Shown here one piece after another: positions 12,880-22,788 of a stretch of 64,000 nt of DNA. Below the pieces are notes generated by a model, which worked only from the letters and a program-made list of their open reading frames with translations, made no database searches and was not told the origin of the DNA. A program made the position numbers and the translations under genes. Each line of letters begins with the position of its first letter. Within the stretch, counting starts at the first letter, position 1. Source of the stretch: Thermoanaerobaculia bacterium (GTDB lineage Bacteria > Acidobacteriota > Thermoanaerobaculia > Multivoradales > JAGPDF01); assembly GCA_046331385.1 (NCBI GenBank), contig JAXLQW010000001.1, forward strand, positions 3,719,037 through 3,783,036, read 5' to 3'.

Positions 12880-13150
12880 GGGCCTGGCGGTCCGCTTCGA
12901 CCTGGGATCCGGCACGGACTTTCCGTACGCTTCCGGGAGCTTGGATCGCCGGCTCTCGACGCTCATGTTCCACCATCTGCGGGCCGACGAGCGGCCGAGG
13001 ATGCCGGCCGAGGCGCATCGCGTCCTCAAACCCGGAGGGCGGCTCGAGAGGTTCGACTTCGGAGGCGCGGCGACCCTGCCCGACGCTTTGCCGATCGCGC
13101 CGCGGGCACCGCATGAAGTTGCGGTGCCGGAAGCCACTGCAAAGCCGTGA
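12880..13150 (+). pseudogene. 3' fragment of a class I SAM-dependent methyltransferase (remnant)
   Basis: Frame-2 translation FDLGSGTDFPYASGSLDRRLSTLMFHHLRADERPRMPAEAHRVLKPGGRL matches MTase post-II/III motifs (LPFxDxSFDxVxSxxxLHH...RVLKPGG). No upstream motif I in frame. Confidence 0.35.
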
Positions 13151-13313
13151 AAAGCGGTCTTTCGTCGCCCTCCCTCGCCCGCGCCGAGCGCTGGCTGCTC
13201 GCCTTGCTCGACCAGGTCTTGAGCCGTCACGCCGCTCCTTCGTAAGCAGCACGTTCATGCGCTGGCGCGGCGGCGCCGGCGCCTCTAGGGTTCCACTCGG
13301 AGGTGACCAGACG

Positions 13314-15521
13314 ATGCGGACTTCCGCCATCGGCCAGCCGGCGCTCAGCGCCTGGCGGCCCGGAGACCCGATGTTCGAAAGCGCGCGGCTCGACATTGCC
13401 GAGCTTGCTCCAATACAGCAGTTCTACGGCGGTCAGGCAGGCGGCGATCTGGGAGTCATCGAGATCGTCAAGCCCGAGAAGAACGACTTCAAGGGTCTGA
13501 GCAAGGGGCTGGCGTTCCTGAAGTTCACACCCGCGGAACAGGAGGTGCTGTTCACCGCCATCGGCTCGACCATCAACATGGTCGCCGGAATCGTCTCGGT
13601 CGTGGGCGCGGCGGGCGCTGCCGTCAGCCTGTTGAAGAGCCTGGGCGTCCTGGGCTCGGCAGAAGATCCGGTGCAGGCGGCGCTGAAGAAGATCGGCCAG
13701 CGCGTCGAGCAGATCTACGGCTACCTGGCCGCGCAGGAACGCCGCGGTCTCTACGATCGGGCGCTCGCATGGCGCGTCGACGGCGACAACGCCCGCAATG
13801 CGGTGATGAACGCCATGACCTCGCGTTCCGCGCAGAACCTGGAGCAGCTGGCCGACCGCGCGGCCGAGCTGAACGCGTCGATCCTCCAGATGCTCGACGA
13901 CGGCAAGGGGCGGATCGCGTTTCTGCGCTCGGCCTACGGCAACCCGTGGTGGACGGCCTACGCCCAGACGCCGTACATGAAGACCGCGTCAGGGGCGGCG
14001 ATCAACTACCGTGATCCCGGGCAGGAATTGCAGGCGGAGATCTGGGACCCGGGTCACTACCTCGACGTGCTCGTCCGCTCGCTGGACGATCGGGTCGCGG
14101 TGGCGGCGACGCTGGAGCCGGCGTTCCGGTCGACCGGCTACGATCGCGCCGCGCTGCGCAAGATCGCCGACGACCTCATGCGATTCGCTCAAGCCTGGCG
14201 CGGTGCCATCTTGGTCGCCGATCCGGTCTTTGCGCTCAATGCCGGGGGCACGATGCGCAGCCCTGAGATGAGCGCCCCGCCCGGCGTGCCGATCGGTGCG
14301 GTCGATCCAGTGACGGGACTGTCGTCGCTGATACCGCAATGGTCCGGCTTCAGCGTCGAGTTCAAGCACACCGGCGTGCCCTGGGCAGCTTGGGGCGGCG
14401 TGTGGGACGAATCGCGCGCCACGGATCCGGCGGCAGCGCTCGCGGCGATCAACCCGGCGCACGCGGCGGCCGTCGACAGCGTGGTGCGCGCTTGTGGGGT
14501 CGACAAGTTGGTGCGCTTGTCGGAGCGATTTCGCGAGCTGGCGAGCCCGCCAGCGGGCTCGGACTTCGTGCAGCTCGCGGACGCCAGGTTCCGCCGGCCG
14601 CTCGCCGATCTCGTCTACTGGGGCATGAACAACGGCAACACCGTCCCCCAGGGGACACCGGTGACGGTCGACTTGGGGCGACTGCGCCTGTTCTCGCCGA
14701 CGCCGGATCGCACCTACACGGGCGCGCGCTTCGGGCTTCGCGGCAGGAAGGAGTTCAGCTTCCGCATGCCAAGGCGAGCCGAGTTCTCGGGAATACGGCT
14801 GGGCTACGTGCTCGAGATCGCGGGCAGGAAGATCCCGCTCATGTCCTTCGCCACGGCGGCCGACCGGACGGGTGGCGACTTCCCCGGGGCGGCGATCGAA
14901 AAGGACTTCGAAGTGGAAACCAAGGTCTACGACTGCTATCAGAGCGCGCACGTGACCGCCGCGGATGAGGATCAGTTCGAGCGCGAGGGCCGCATCGCTG
15001 GCGTCGAGCGCCTCTTCCTGAACGAGCGCAGCGGGCGCGCGAAGTTCCGCGTCGGAGTGACGTTCGCTCCGCTCCTGGGCGGGAATCCGGCGGCCTATGC
15101 CGGCGAAGCGGAGGTGACCATCTCGGTGCTGGAGCCCGAGGATTTCCCGGACGCGGTCATCCTGAGCGTCAACGTGCTCGAAACGCGGGTCGGGTGGAAC
15201 AACGCACCGGAAGAGGTCCTCGCCGACTCGATGACCGTGCATCTGATCCCGACCTATGTGGTCCTCGGCTCGGACTTCTTCGCCGACTACCACGCCGCCG
15301 TCGTGCGCATGGCCAAGGCCGTGAAGGCCCTCGACCGCAAGGCGATCCCGCAGCTCGACGTGCCTCACGGGCCGCCCGATCCCGATCCCGCCTGGCAGGT
15401 GCGAGCGCGAGCCATCGAAATCGAGCGCGGCCTCGACCGCGTGCAGGATGCCATCGCGCAGCGGAACACGCTGGCGCTCGAGATCGTGGCGGCGAACGTC
15501 GTGCCCGTGGCACGCGGCTGA
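13314..15521 (+). CDS. Hypothetical protein, 735 aa, no recognisable domain
   Basis: ATG preceded by GGAGG (ggaggtgaccagacgATG). Long uninterrupted frame with non-repetitive composition. One hydrophobic segment (FTAIGSTINMVAGIVSVVGAAGAAVSLLKSLGVLG). Confidence 0.65.
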   Translation: MRTSAIGQPALSAWRPGDPMFESARLDIAELAPIQQFYGGQAGGDLGVIEIVKPEKNDFKGLSKGLAFLKFTPAEQEVLFTAIGSTINMVAGIVSVVGAAGAAVSLLKSLGVLGSAEDPVQAALKKIGQRVEQIYGYLAAQERRGLYDRALAWRVDGDNARNAVMNAMTSRSAQNLEQLADRAAELNASILQMLDDGKGRIAFLRSAYGNPWWTAYAQTPYMKTASGAAINYRDPGQELQAEIWDPGHYLDVLVRSLDDRVAVAATLEPAFRSTGYDRAALRKIADDLMRFAQAWRGAILVADPVFALNAGGTMRSPEMSAPPGVPIGAVDPVTGLSSLIPQWSGFSVEFKHTGVPWAAWGGVWDESRATDPAAALAAINPAHAAAVDSVVRACGVDKLVRLSERFRELASPPAGSDFVQLADARFRRPLADLVYWGMNNGNTVPQGTPVTVDLGRLRLFSPTPDRTYTGARFGLRGRKEFSFRMPRRAEFSGIRLGYVLEIAGRKIPLMSFATAADRTGGDFPGAAIEKDFEVETKVYDCYQSAHVTAADEDQFEREGRIAGVERLFLNERSGRAKFRVGVTFAPLLGGNPAAYAGEAEVTISVLEPEDFPDAVILSVNVLETRVGWNNAPEEVLADSMTVHLIPTYVVLGSDFFADYHAAVVRMAKAVKALDRKAIPQLDVPHGPPDPDPAWQVRARAIEIERGLDRVQDAIAQRNTLALEIVAANVVPVARG

Positions 15522-15636
15522 AGCCCTACGGAGGCCGATCGGGCTGGATCTCCCGCGCGTTCGACGATCGCGAACTCGGCGGCGACGACAGGTTCAACCT
15601 GAACGGCCGCCTCGACGCCGCATCGCGATCTGGGAA

Positions 15637-15800
15637 TGGTGGAGCAGATCCCTCTGAGTTCGAACACCCCGAAGGCTCGAGCACCCTGGTTTCGTGGGCG
15701 CGGGAAGTCGCGGCGCCGAGGCCGGCCGCATGACAACGGCAGCCCTACCGCTGGTTCCGTACGCTGTTTCCGCGGGCCCCTCTGCTCCGAAGGAAGCCAA
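15637..15800. repeat. Element A: ~160-nt sequence homologous to elements at 19795 and 27990; begins with tRNA-3'-end-like TGGTGGAGCAGA (reverse complement of ...TCTGCTCCACCA)
   Basis: Shares tggtgga.ca.atc.ctctgagttcgaa.ac.cc...ctggtttc.tgg...cgggaagtcgcggcg with the other two copies. Lies in a non-coding gap. Confidence 0.5.
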
Positions 15801-16010
15801 CCGAGAACGCAGCCGGTCCGCTCGTGTCCGGGGCGCGATTCGCGCGAAGGCGGACCCGAGGTCGACGTCGGAGCCATGCCGGCATCGGTTCCGACTCGGC
15901 GACCCCTCGGACTGGGGCAGCCTCCGTCAGGTTCTCGAAGCGAACGGCTCGCCGCCCGCCCTATCGGGGGCGCAGGTCCTTGCTGCGAAGGCAGAAGATC
16001 GTCCTCATCG

Positions 16011-16484
16011 TCAACCTGGGCCCGCCGGTCGCGAGTGCGGCCGGTCGCGGACCGCGCAGGTGCCGTCGCCGCAGCGCCCGGTGAGACGAGGTCGATTCTC
16101 GGCGAAAACACGGTAGGCGAGCTCGAGCAGCTGCGCGATGCCAGGCAGTCGAGTCAGCGCCACCAGGGGTCCGAAGCCGACTGCGGCGTAGAGGCGCCGA
16201 AACACCTCGACGCCTTCGACGAGCGTACCGTCAGGCAGGCGACCGTGGATGCGCTTCATCATCGCCTGCCATGTCTTGCCGACCGAGGACGCCTCGAAAC
16301 CCTCGGCGGCGATATCGGTGAAGCGGATGCGCTGGCGGCGGTCGCGACGCCAGAGCATTCGGACTTCGCGCATGCAGAGCGGGCATTCGCCGTCGTAGAA
16401 GACCTCGATGTCGATTTCGGTCGTCGCGCGGTTCGCGGCCTCCGGAGGCAGCCGCTGCTTCTCGTGCTCATTCGACGGGGACAC
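16011..16484 (-). CDS. DCC1-like thiol-disulfide oxidoreductase family protein (DUF393)
   Basis: Signature [15 protein letters not shown] and typical size (157 aa). Confidence 0.75.
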   Translation of the reverse strand: MSPSNEHEKQRLPPEAANRATTEIDIEVFYDGECPLCMREVRMLWRRDRRQRIRFTDIAAEGFEASSVGKTWQAMMKRIHGRLPDGTLVEGVEVFRRLYAAVGFGPLVALTRLPGIAQLLELAYRVFAENRPRLTGRCGDGTCAVRDRPHSRPAGPG

Positions 16485-16663
16485 GGTTCACCTCCACGGC
16501 GGCGGCGGGCTGCCGCGCGCGAAACGGGTGGGGCACCGGCCGCAGCGCATCCCTTCTGAAGTCGAAGTTCCGATCGCGCCGGCGACGAACGAAGTGGAAG
16601 CCTATCAGCCGAAAAAGTCGATTTCAATGGCCAGAATCGTCTAAATCATGCTAGGATTGCCCC

Positions 16664-17476
16664 ATGCGGACGGCGAGGTTGCTGACCCCCCGCGAGGCAG
16701 CCGGAATGGCTGGCGTGGTGCCTTCCACCATCAAGCGCTGGGCGGAGAATGGGCTCCTTCCCTACATGCGCACCGCCGGCGGTCACCGGCGGTTCGAGCG
16801 CTTGGCCGTCGAGCGGTTTTTGGACGAGCAGGCGCGCCCGGAGGCTCACGACAGGTCACGAGGCGAATCGTGGATCCGGTGCCTGGTCGAAGGCCGGCGC
16901 CACGAGATCGACGGGCGGCTGCTCGAGGCCAGGGGTCGACTCGCGTCGTGGTGCCACGTCGCGGACGAGGTCGCCGCCGCCCTGGTCGCGATGGGCGCGC
17001 AGTGGGAGAGCGGTCGCCTGACCATCGCGGAAGAGCATGTTGCCTCCGACGCCCTGGCGCGAGCGCTCGCTCGCATGGGCGACGCGCTGCCGGTTCGCGT
17101 CGATGGCCCAAGGTCTCTGCTGGCCTGCGCGGGCGAGGACGAACACACACTGGGTCTGTCTCTCGCCGAGCTCTGCCTGCGCGAGCGCGGCTGGGCCGCG
17201 CTCTGGCTCGGTCGTCGCACGCCTCTTTCCGAGCTGGTGCGCCTGATCCGGAGCGGCGAAGTGGCGATGATCGGCCTGTCGGCGTCGCTGTTGCTCGGCG
17301 ACCGCCAGACGCTGCGACCGATCGCGGACGAGGTCGGAGCGGTCTGCGAGGAACGAGGCGTCGGCCTGGTGCTCGGCGGCGCGGGCGCGTGGCCGGATCG
17401 GCCTTCCTTCGGCGTTCGGGTGACCTCCTTCACCGCGTTCGGTGACTACCTCACCCTTGAAGAGGGCCGACCATGA
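16664..17476 (+). CDS. MerR-family regulator with cobalamin-binding domain (CarH/LitR-type B12-dependent photoreceptor-like)
   Basis: N-terminal MerR HTH (LLTPREAAGMAGVVPSTIKRWAENGLLPYMRTAGGHRRFERLAV). C-terminal B12-binding Rossmann-like region (ACAGEDEHTLGLSLAELCLRERGW...MIGLSASL...VLGGAGAW). Confidence 0.8.
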   Translation: MRTARLLTPREAAGMAGVVPSTIKRWAENGLLPYMRTAGGHRRFERLAVERFLDEQARPEAHDRSRGESWIRCLVEGRRHEIDGRLLEARGRLASWCHVADEVAAALVAMGAQWESGRLTIAEEHVASDALARALARMGDALPVRVDGPRSLLACAGEDEHTLGLSLAELCLRERGWAALWLGRRTPLSELVRLIRSGEVAMIGLSASLLLGDRQTLRPIADEVGAVCEERGVGLVLGGAGAWPDRPSFGVRVTSFTAFGDYLTLEEGRP

Positions 17477-18081
17477 GCGCCGCATGGCGATCGGCGATGC
17501 GAGTCGTCGGTTCGCTGTCGGGGCTCGCCCTGATCGTCGGTTGCGCCCCCAGTACGACCGAACGGCTGCGGCTGCCGCCGCTTACAACGGTCGCGCACGT
17601 CGAGCTCTCGCGCTATCTCGGTACCTGGTACGAGATCGCCAGCTTCCCGCAGAGCTTTCAACGCGGCTGCACCGCCACCACGGCGACCTACACGCAGCGC
17701 GGCGATGGCGGCATCGCCGTGCTCAATCGTTGCCGAATGGGCTCGCTCGACGGCGAGGAGAAGTCAGCGCTCGGCCGCGCCCGGGTGATCGAGCCTTCCA
17801 CGAACGCGAAGTTGGAGGTGAGCTTCTTCCGCCCCTTCTGGGGGGCGTACTGGATCATCGATCTCGCCGAGGACTACTCGTACGCGGTCGTCGGCCATCC
17901 GGGCCGCGACTACCTCTGGATCCTCGCGCGAGCGCCGCAGATGGGCGAAGCAACTTACAGGGGCATCGTCGCCCGCTTGCAGGCGCAGTGCTACGAGACC
18001 TCCCGCCTCGTTCGAACCCAGCAGCTCGCCGCGCCGGGCGCCGCCGCGAGCGCGCGCGAGCTCCCGAGCGGAGCTCGGTAG
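17473..18081 (+). CDS. blc: Bacterial lipocalin (Blc-like outer-membrane lipoprotein)
   Basis: Lipoprotein signal (LALIVGCAPS). Lipocalin SCR1 motif GTWYEIA. ATGA overlap with the upstream gene. Confidence 0.8.
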   Translation: MSAAWRSAMRVVGSLSGLALIVGCAPSTTERLRLPPLTTVAHVELSRYLGTWYEIASFPQSFQRGCTATTATYTQRGDGGIAVLNRCRMGSLDGEEKSALGRARVIEPSTNAKLEVSFFRPFWGAYWIIDLAEDYSYAVVGHPGRDYLWILARAPQMGEATYRGIVARLQAQCYETSRLVRTQQLAAPGAAASARELPSGAR

Positions 18082-18089
18082 GTCCCGCC

Positions 18090-18734
18090 ATGCTCGAGCG
18101 TGCGCTCCTTTGCCTGGCCGTTCTCCTGCCTGGCCGGTGGGACAGGCCCGAGAGTCTCCTCGCGGCGGGCTTCGCCGATGCGGTGGAGAAGCGCGGCACG
18201 CGACTCGACCTCGTTGCGGTCGACGCCCATCTCGGCTACTTCCGGGACCGATCGGTGGTCGAGCGTCTCCACCTCGATATCGTGGCGCCGGCCCGTGCCG
18301 CTGGGTATCGGACGATCTGGATCGTCGGGACCTCTCTCGGCGGAGTCGGCGGGCTTCTCTACCTCCGCGGTCGCCCGGAAGGGCTTTCCGGGGTTCTCGC
18401 GCTGGCTCCGTTTCTCGGGGGCGAAGATCTGATTCGAGAGATCGAAGCGGCCGGCGGGCCCACGCGCTGGACACTCCTTCCTGCATCGCCAGCCGACGAT
18501 GTCGGTCGCGGGCTCTGGAGATGGCTCGTGCCCTGGGCCAGGAGCCGGCAGGCGACGCCTCTGCACCTCGGCTGGGGGAGCGACGACTCCTTCGCGCAGG
18601 CGAACGAGATGCGGGCGTCTCTGCTTCCCCGAGAACGTATCTACTCTGAGCGTGGCGGTCACGACTGGGGCGCCTGGGCGCGGCTCTGGGAGCAGTTTCT
18701 GGATCGAACGCAGCTCTGCGGGGAGGAGACTTGA
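18090..18734 (+). CDS. Alpha/beta hydrolase (esterase-like)
   Basis: Nucleophile elbow GTSLGG (WIVGTSLGGVGGLLY). Internal ATG of track ORF 17442..18734. Confidence 0.65.
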   Translation: MLERALLCLAVLLPGRWDRPESLLAAGFADAVEKRGTRLDLVAVDAHLGYFRDRSVVERLHLDIVAPARAAGYRTIWIVGTSLGGVGGLLYLRGRPEGLSGVLALAPFLGGEDLIREIEAAGGPTRWTLLPASPADDVGRGLWRWLVPWARSRQATPLHLGWGSDDSFAQANEMRASLLPRERIYSERGGHDWGAWARLWEQFLDRTQLCGEET

Positions 18735-19621
18735 GACGATTCGATCTCGCGGCCACGGCGGCGGTTCTGCTGCTCGTCGGGGGATGCATGAGCTGGACTC
18801 CGGGATGGCGGTCACCATCGCCGGCGAGTAGCGCGCGTAACGTCGGGGGCGCCCAGGAGAATGCTCTCGAGCGTGCCGAAAGGCTCTTCGAGCCCGCGGA
18901 CAGCGCCAGCCGCTTGCGGGAAGCGATCGCCGCCTACGAAGAAGCGCTCGGCTCCGCGCCGGAGTCCGGCGAAGTTCTGGCTCGCCTGGCCGAGGCGCAT
19001 GTTCTCTACGGCGCCGCCTACTCCGACGCGCGGCGGGACAAGGCGCGCTCGTACATCACGGGCATTCGTTACGCCGAACAGGCGGCGGCGCTGAACCCGG
19101 AGTTCCGGCGCCGCGTCGAGGCGGGCGAGTCGTTCGGCGGCGCGAGCGCCGTGCTGGGGCGGGACGAGCTACGGCCGATGCTCTTGTGGGTGACGGGCGT
19201 CTCGTACTACTACAAAGAGTGCCTCAGTGGTGTCGGGCATCTGACGCAGTTCCGCTGGATGCTGCGCACGCGGGAGGTGATGGAGCGGATGATGGCGCTC
19301 GATCCCGCCTTCGAACACGGCGCCGTGCCGTTCTCGCTCGCGATCTACTTCATCGGTTTGCCGGCGGGCGCCGGCCGGGATCTGACCCGCTCGGCCGATC
19401 TCCTCGCCCAGGCCGTCGCCGAGTCGCCGACCTCGTTGCTCACCCGTTGGGGCCGCGCGAAGTACCTGCACGTCAAGACCGGGGATCGCGCCGCCTTTCG
19501 CCGCGATCTGGAGTGGGTGTTGGCGCAGGATCCCACCGCCGCGGACACTCCGTTGCGCTGGAATGTCTACTTTCAGCGCGACGCCCGCGAGCTTCTGGCC
19601 CAGATCGAGCGGTGGTTCTAG
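18731..19621 (+). CDS. TPR-like lipoprotein (TatT-like family, putative)
   Basis: Lipobox LLLVGGCMS. Helical TPR-like composition. ATGA overlap with the hydrolase gene. Confidence 0.5.
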   Translation: MRRFDLAATAAVLLLVGGCMSWTPGWRSPSPASSARNVGGAQENALERAERLFEPADSASRLREAIAAYEEALGSAPESGEVLARLAEAHVLYGAAYSDARRDKARSYITGIRYAEQAAALNPEFRRRVEAGESFGGASAVLGRDELRPMLLWVTGVSYYYKECLSGVGHLTQFRWMLRTREVMERMMALDPAFEHGAVPFSLAIYFIGLPAGAGRDLTRSADLLAQAVAESPTSLLTRWGRAKYLHVKTGDRAAFRRDLEWVLAQDPTAADTPLRWNVYFQRDARELLAQIERWF

Positions 19622-19794
19622 ACGAGCGCGCCGGACGGCAAGCCTCAGAACGAGTGCCGGCCGGATCGTAGCGGCCGCCGGAAGCGCGCCAGGCGGACGA
19701 GCTCCCGCGCCTGCGCCAGAGGAGCCGGCGATTCCCGGGCGTGCCCCGGAGTGGGCGCCCCTCGGCTCCGCGGTACGTCAGTGCGGCCTGAGAA

Positions 19795-19950
19795 ACCGGT
19801 ATGGTGGACCAAATCACTCTGAGTTCGAATACGCCAGGAGATTCGAACACACTGGTTTCCTGGCTTCGGGATGTCGCGGCGCTGAGGCGGTTCGCATGAG
19901 GGCCCTGCCTCCGGTTTCCTTACGCCGACCCAGCAGGCTGTCCGAAGCCT
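19795..19950. repeat. Element B: homolog of elements A and C (starts TGGTGGACCAAATCACTCTGAGTTCGAA)
   Basis: ~100 nt alignable to copies at 15637 and 27990. Lies between the TatT-like gene and AbiEii. Confidence 0.5.
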
Positions 19951-20761
19951 ACGGCCCCTTCCAGGCTTCGCCGGAGAGCCGCGGCGCGATCTCGTCGAGC
20001 ACGAAGCTCGCGGCTTGGCCCAGGTCCCATGCGACTCCACGCGCCAGCACCGGGCCGAGATCGGCTTGGAACACGCGATCCTGGAGCTTGCCATGCAGGT
20101 TGGCTTCGAACTCCGCGCGGGAGACGCGGAGCCCGTCCGCCTTCAGGTACTCTCTGAAGCAGGCGACCACGCGGTCGAAGTCGACCGCGGCGTGCGTCGC
20201 CGCCCACCAGAGATCGAAGAGATCCCTTCCCTTCCGGCGCTGGTAGAGCGCGCGGAGCTTGGTTCCGAGAAGCTCGTCAAGGGTGTAGCTCGAAATCGAC
20301 ACCGCTCCGGTGAACCACCGCGAGCGCACCTCGAACGGCCGGTTTTCGATCCCGAGAACGCAGAGGTGTTCGCGCGAGTTGATCTCGAGCTTCAGTCGGA
20401 GCGGTAGAGGCTCGGCATCTTCCGACGCGAATCGATAGACGAGCGTCACGCGGCCCTCGCCGAAGCTCCTCCTGGGTTCGCCCAGCCAGGGGTCGAGGCG
20501 CGACCGCAGCCGGTCGAGTGTGGCTCCGATCGGCTCGGCGCGTGTCTGCACGAGGTCGATGTCCTCGGAGTACCGGGGCGCCGGCGTCAGGTGCAGCTTG
20601 AAGAGCGCGGTCCCGCCGCGGAAGGCGAGGGACCGTGCGAGGTCCGCATCGCCGAAGGTCTCGACCAGGACCCGGCTCAGGACGAGATCCTGCTCGACCT
20701 GGGAGCTCGGCACCCACGGGACGTGCTGCCGCCACTCCGCGATGTAGTCCGCCGGAATCAC
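19949..20761 (-). CDS. abiEii: AbiEii/AbiGii nucleotidyltransferase toxin (DUF1814)
   Basis: 270 aa. DUF1814-like NTase motifs (FRGGTALFKLHL...RYSEDIDLV). 4-nt overlap with the upstream AbiEi gene. Confidence 0.85.
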   Translation of the reverse strand: MIPADYIAEWRQHVPWVPSSQVEQDLVLSRVLVETFGDADLARSLAFRGGTALFKLHLTPAPRYSEDIDLVQTRAEPIGATLDRLRSRLDPWLGEPRRSFGEGRVTLVYRFASEDAEPLPLRLKLEINSREHLCVLGIENRPFEVRSRWFTGAVSISSYTLDELLGTKLRALYQRRKGRDLFDLWWAATHAAVDFDRVVACFREYLKADGLRVSRAEFEANLHGKLQDRVFQADLGPVLARGVAWDLGQAASFVLDEIAPRLSGEAWKGP

Positions 20762-21561
20762 AGGTCGGGCTCCACGTCGGTGTTGATGCGGAGCTTCCAG
20801 CGCTCGTTCCGCGGCGCGTCGCCGCGCTCGCCTCCCGGGATCAACGAGGCGGTCTCGGTCGCACTCTGCGCGACGAACGCGGCCAGCGGCTCGCCACGCG
20901 ACGTCTGCCCGAGGCGCTCCAGGAGATAGCCGAGCCGCTGCGCCCAGGGGATCGGCGAGAGCGGGCCGAGCTCGGCGAGGCGTTTCGCATCGAGCTTTTC
21001 CGCCAGCTCGGCGAGGACGGTGGCGACGTTGTCGAGCCCGCCGCAGCGCTCGGGGTAGCCGACCAGGTCGAAGGCCGTCGCTTCCGGCGAGGAGACCCGG
21101 AGGTAGCCGCGCGGCGTGTTGACCTGCGCCGTCGGCATGGCTTCGGCGTTATGTCGCGCCACGAAATCGACCGCCACGCGGCCACAACGGATCGACGGCC
21201 GGTTCTTCGGCACGACGACCTGGAACTGCTGCGGCTGCTGATGCGCCGCTCCGTGGTAGCGGGCCGCGGTCAGGAGGCCCGCGTAGTGCGCGACCGAGAG
21301 CCGCTCCATCAACTGCGGGACGAACTGCTCGGGCGGCAGGCAACCGAGCGACTGGTACTCGGGCGGAACGAAGAGATGAATGCCTCGGTAGGGGGTGGCG
21401 ATCTCCCCCTTCGCCTTCAGCCGCCGGAGCGCGGCCCGCGCCGCGACGTCCGAGACGCCGAGATCTCGCACGACCTCCGCGGTCGAGAAGAGATACCGCC
21501 CCCGCGCGGCCCAATCCAGGACCAGCTTTCGGGCCGCGGGGCGGCTGGGTTCAGGATTCAC
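20758..21561 (-). CDS. abiEi: AbiEi antitoxin (type IV TA transcriptional regulator)
   Basis: 267 aa. N-terminal wHTH. Gene pairing and order AbiEi then AbiEii. Confidence 0.8.
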   Translation of the reverse strand: MNPEPSRPAARKLVLDWAARGRYLFSTAEVVRDLGVSDVAARAALRRLKAKGEIATPYRGIHLFVPPEYQSLGCLPPEQFVPQLMERLSVAHYAGLLTAARYHGAAHQQPQQFQVVVPKNRPSIRCGRVAVDFVARHNAEAMPTAQVNTPRGYLRVSSPEATAFDLVGYPERCGGLDNVATVLAELAEKLDAKRLAELGPLSPIPWAQRLGYLLERLGQTSRGEPLAAFVAQSATETASLIPGGERGDAPRNERWKLRINTDVEPDL

Positions 21562-21648
21562 GCGACCAAAATAACGCTAAACGTTACTTTTGTCGAGCAC
21601 ATTCTGCGGAGTGGGCCCCTTCCTAGGCGTAGCCCTGGAGTTGGAGCC

Positions 21649-22788
21649 CTACAACTCCCCGCGAAAGGCGCGGTCGAGCACGGCGGGGAGGAGGGCGTCG
21701 AGGGTGGCGGCGGACTCGGACTGGAGATCTTTCGCCGGTGTCAGCTCTGCCACGATCCGGACGGCTTCGAGTTGCAGGTCGAGGCTGGGCATTGGAAGGA
21801 CAATCGAGAGGAACTGCTCGGGTCGTGTGCGCTCCCGGCGTGCGCCGACACCTCGCGTTGCAGCGCCGAGTTTGCGCCAGAACCACTCCGTCCTCACTAG
21901 CGGCGCCAGATATCCAGGGTTTGCTTCTGCCTCGATGCAGCGGAAGGTTCGGTACTCCGGCGAAACAAACCAGCCGGCGAGAGCTGGCGAGCAGACCGCT
22001 ACCGCCCCCTCCCAGGCTTTCACCTGGCTCAAGACCAAAGAACCGTCATAGAGCCGATTGAAATGCTTGTAGGTCGTTCCGCCTCCCTCGACCGACGCTT
22101 TCGGGAACAAGCCGCCGCCGAAGCTCCTCACACCAACTTGAGGATACGAGGCTTGAGTGTCAACGCCGACCGATTCTTCGTCGAGACGCAACAAGTCGCC
22201 GAGCCGTCGGCGTCGTTCGCCCGAGAGCTTGTAGTGAAGACTCACGACAAGTGCTTCCTGTTCAAGCCTCGAGAGCGAGCGGAGGCGCCTTGCCTCAGCC
22301 ACCAACCCCGCCACCTCCTCGATTCGCGCCACCACCCGCCGCTGCTCCGGGAGGGGAGGTAGCGGAATTCTGTAGTCGAGCACCTCGGCGGGGCGAATCG
22401 CTGCGTAGTTCGTCGAACCTTGCGCTTCGACCTGGTCGCGGAAGGCTCGCGTGCGGGAGAAGTAGTCGAGAAACCGCCGATCCAACCTCCTCTCGTCTAC
22501 CTCGAAGAGGAAGTAGTGGCTGCTCACGATCGCGCCCTCGAGCTCCGGCGGCACGAGGCCAAAGCCACCGACTTTCGCGTCGATCTCCGCTACCAAGAAC
22601 TCACCGGCTCGGCAGACCTGCTGCTTCTTCGTTTTGATCATCGCGCCCGGCACGCGGTCTCGAACGACGATGCCTTGGGCGTGGAGCTGTACTCGGGGCC
22701 GCGTGTATTCCTTCAGGTCATCGATTTGAATGAAGTCCCGGCGCAGCTTTAGGACCTCACCGAGGCTGCTAACGGGCCAGCCGGTCAT
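21649..22788 (-). CDS. hsdS: Type I restriction-modification specificity subunit HsdS (two TRDs)
   Basis: 379 aa with duplicated TRD architecture and conserved central/distal repeats (LPPLPEQRRVVARIEEV...). Overlaps the hsdM stop. Confidence 0.85.
   Translation of the reverse strand: MTGWPVSSLGEVLKLRRDFIQIDDLKEYTRPRVQLHAQGIVVRDRVPGAMIKTKKQQVCRAGEFLVAEIDAKVGGFGLVPPELEGAIVSSHYFLFEVDERRLDRRFLDYFSRTRAFRDQVEAQGSTNYAAIRPAEVLDYRIPLPPLPEQRRVVARIEEVAGLVAEARRLRSLSRLEQEALVVSLHYKLSGERRRRLGDLLRLDEESVGVDTQASYPQVGVRSFGGGLFPKASVEGGGTTYKHFNRLYDGSLVLSQVKAWEGAVAVCSPALAGWFVSPEYRTFRCIEAEANPGYLAPLVRTEWFWRKLGAATRGVGARRERTRPEQFLSIVLPMPSLDLQLEAVRIVAELTPAKDLQSESAATLDALLPAVLDRAFRGEL

Noticed and set aside
15636-16559. 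307-aa plus-strand ORF spanning element A
   Set aside because: Runs antisense across the DUF393 gene. N-terminal part is the non-coding repeat element. No domain signal.
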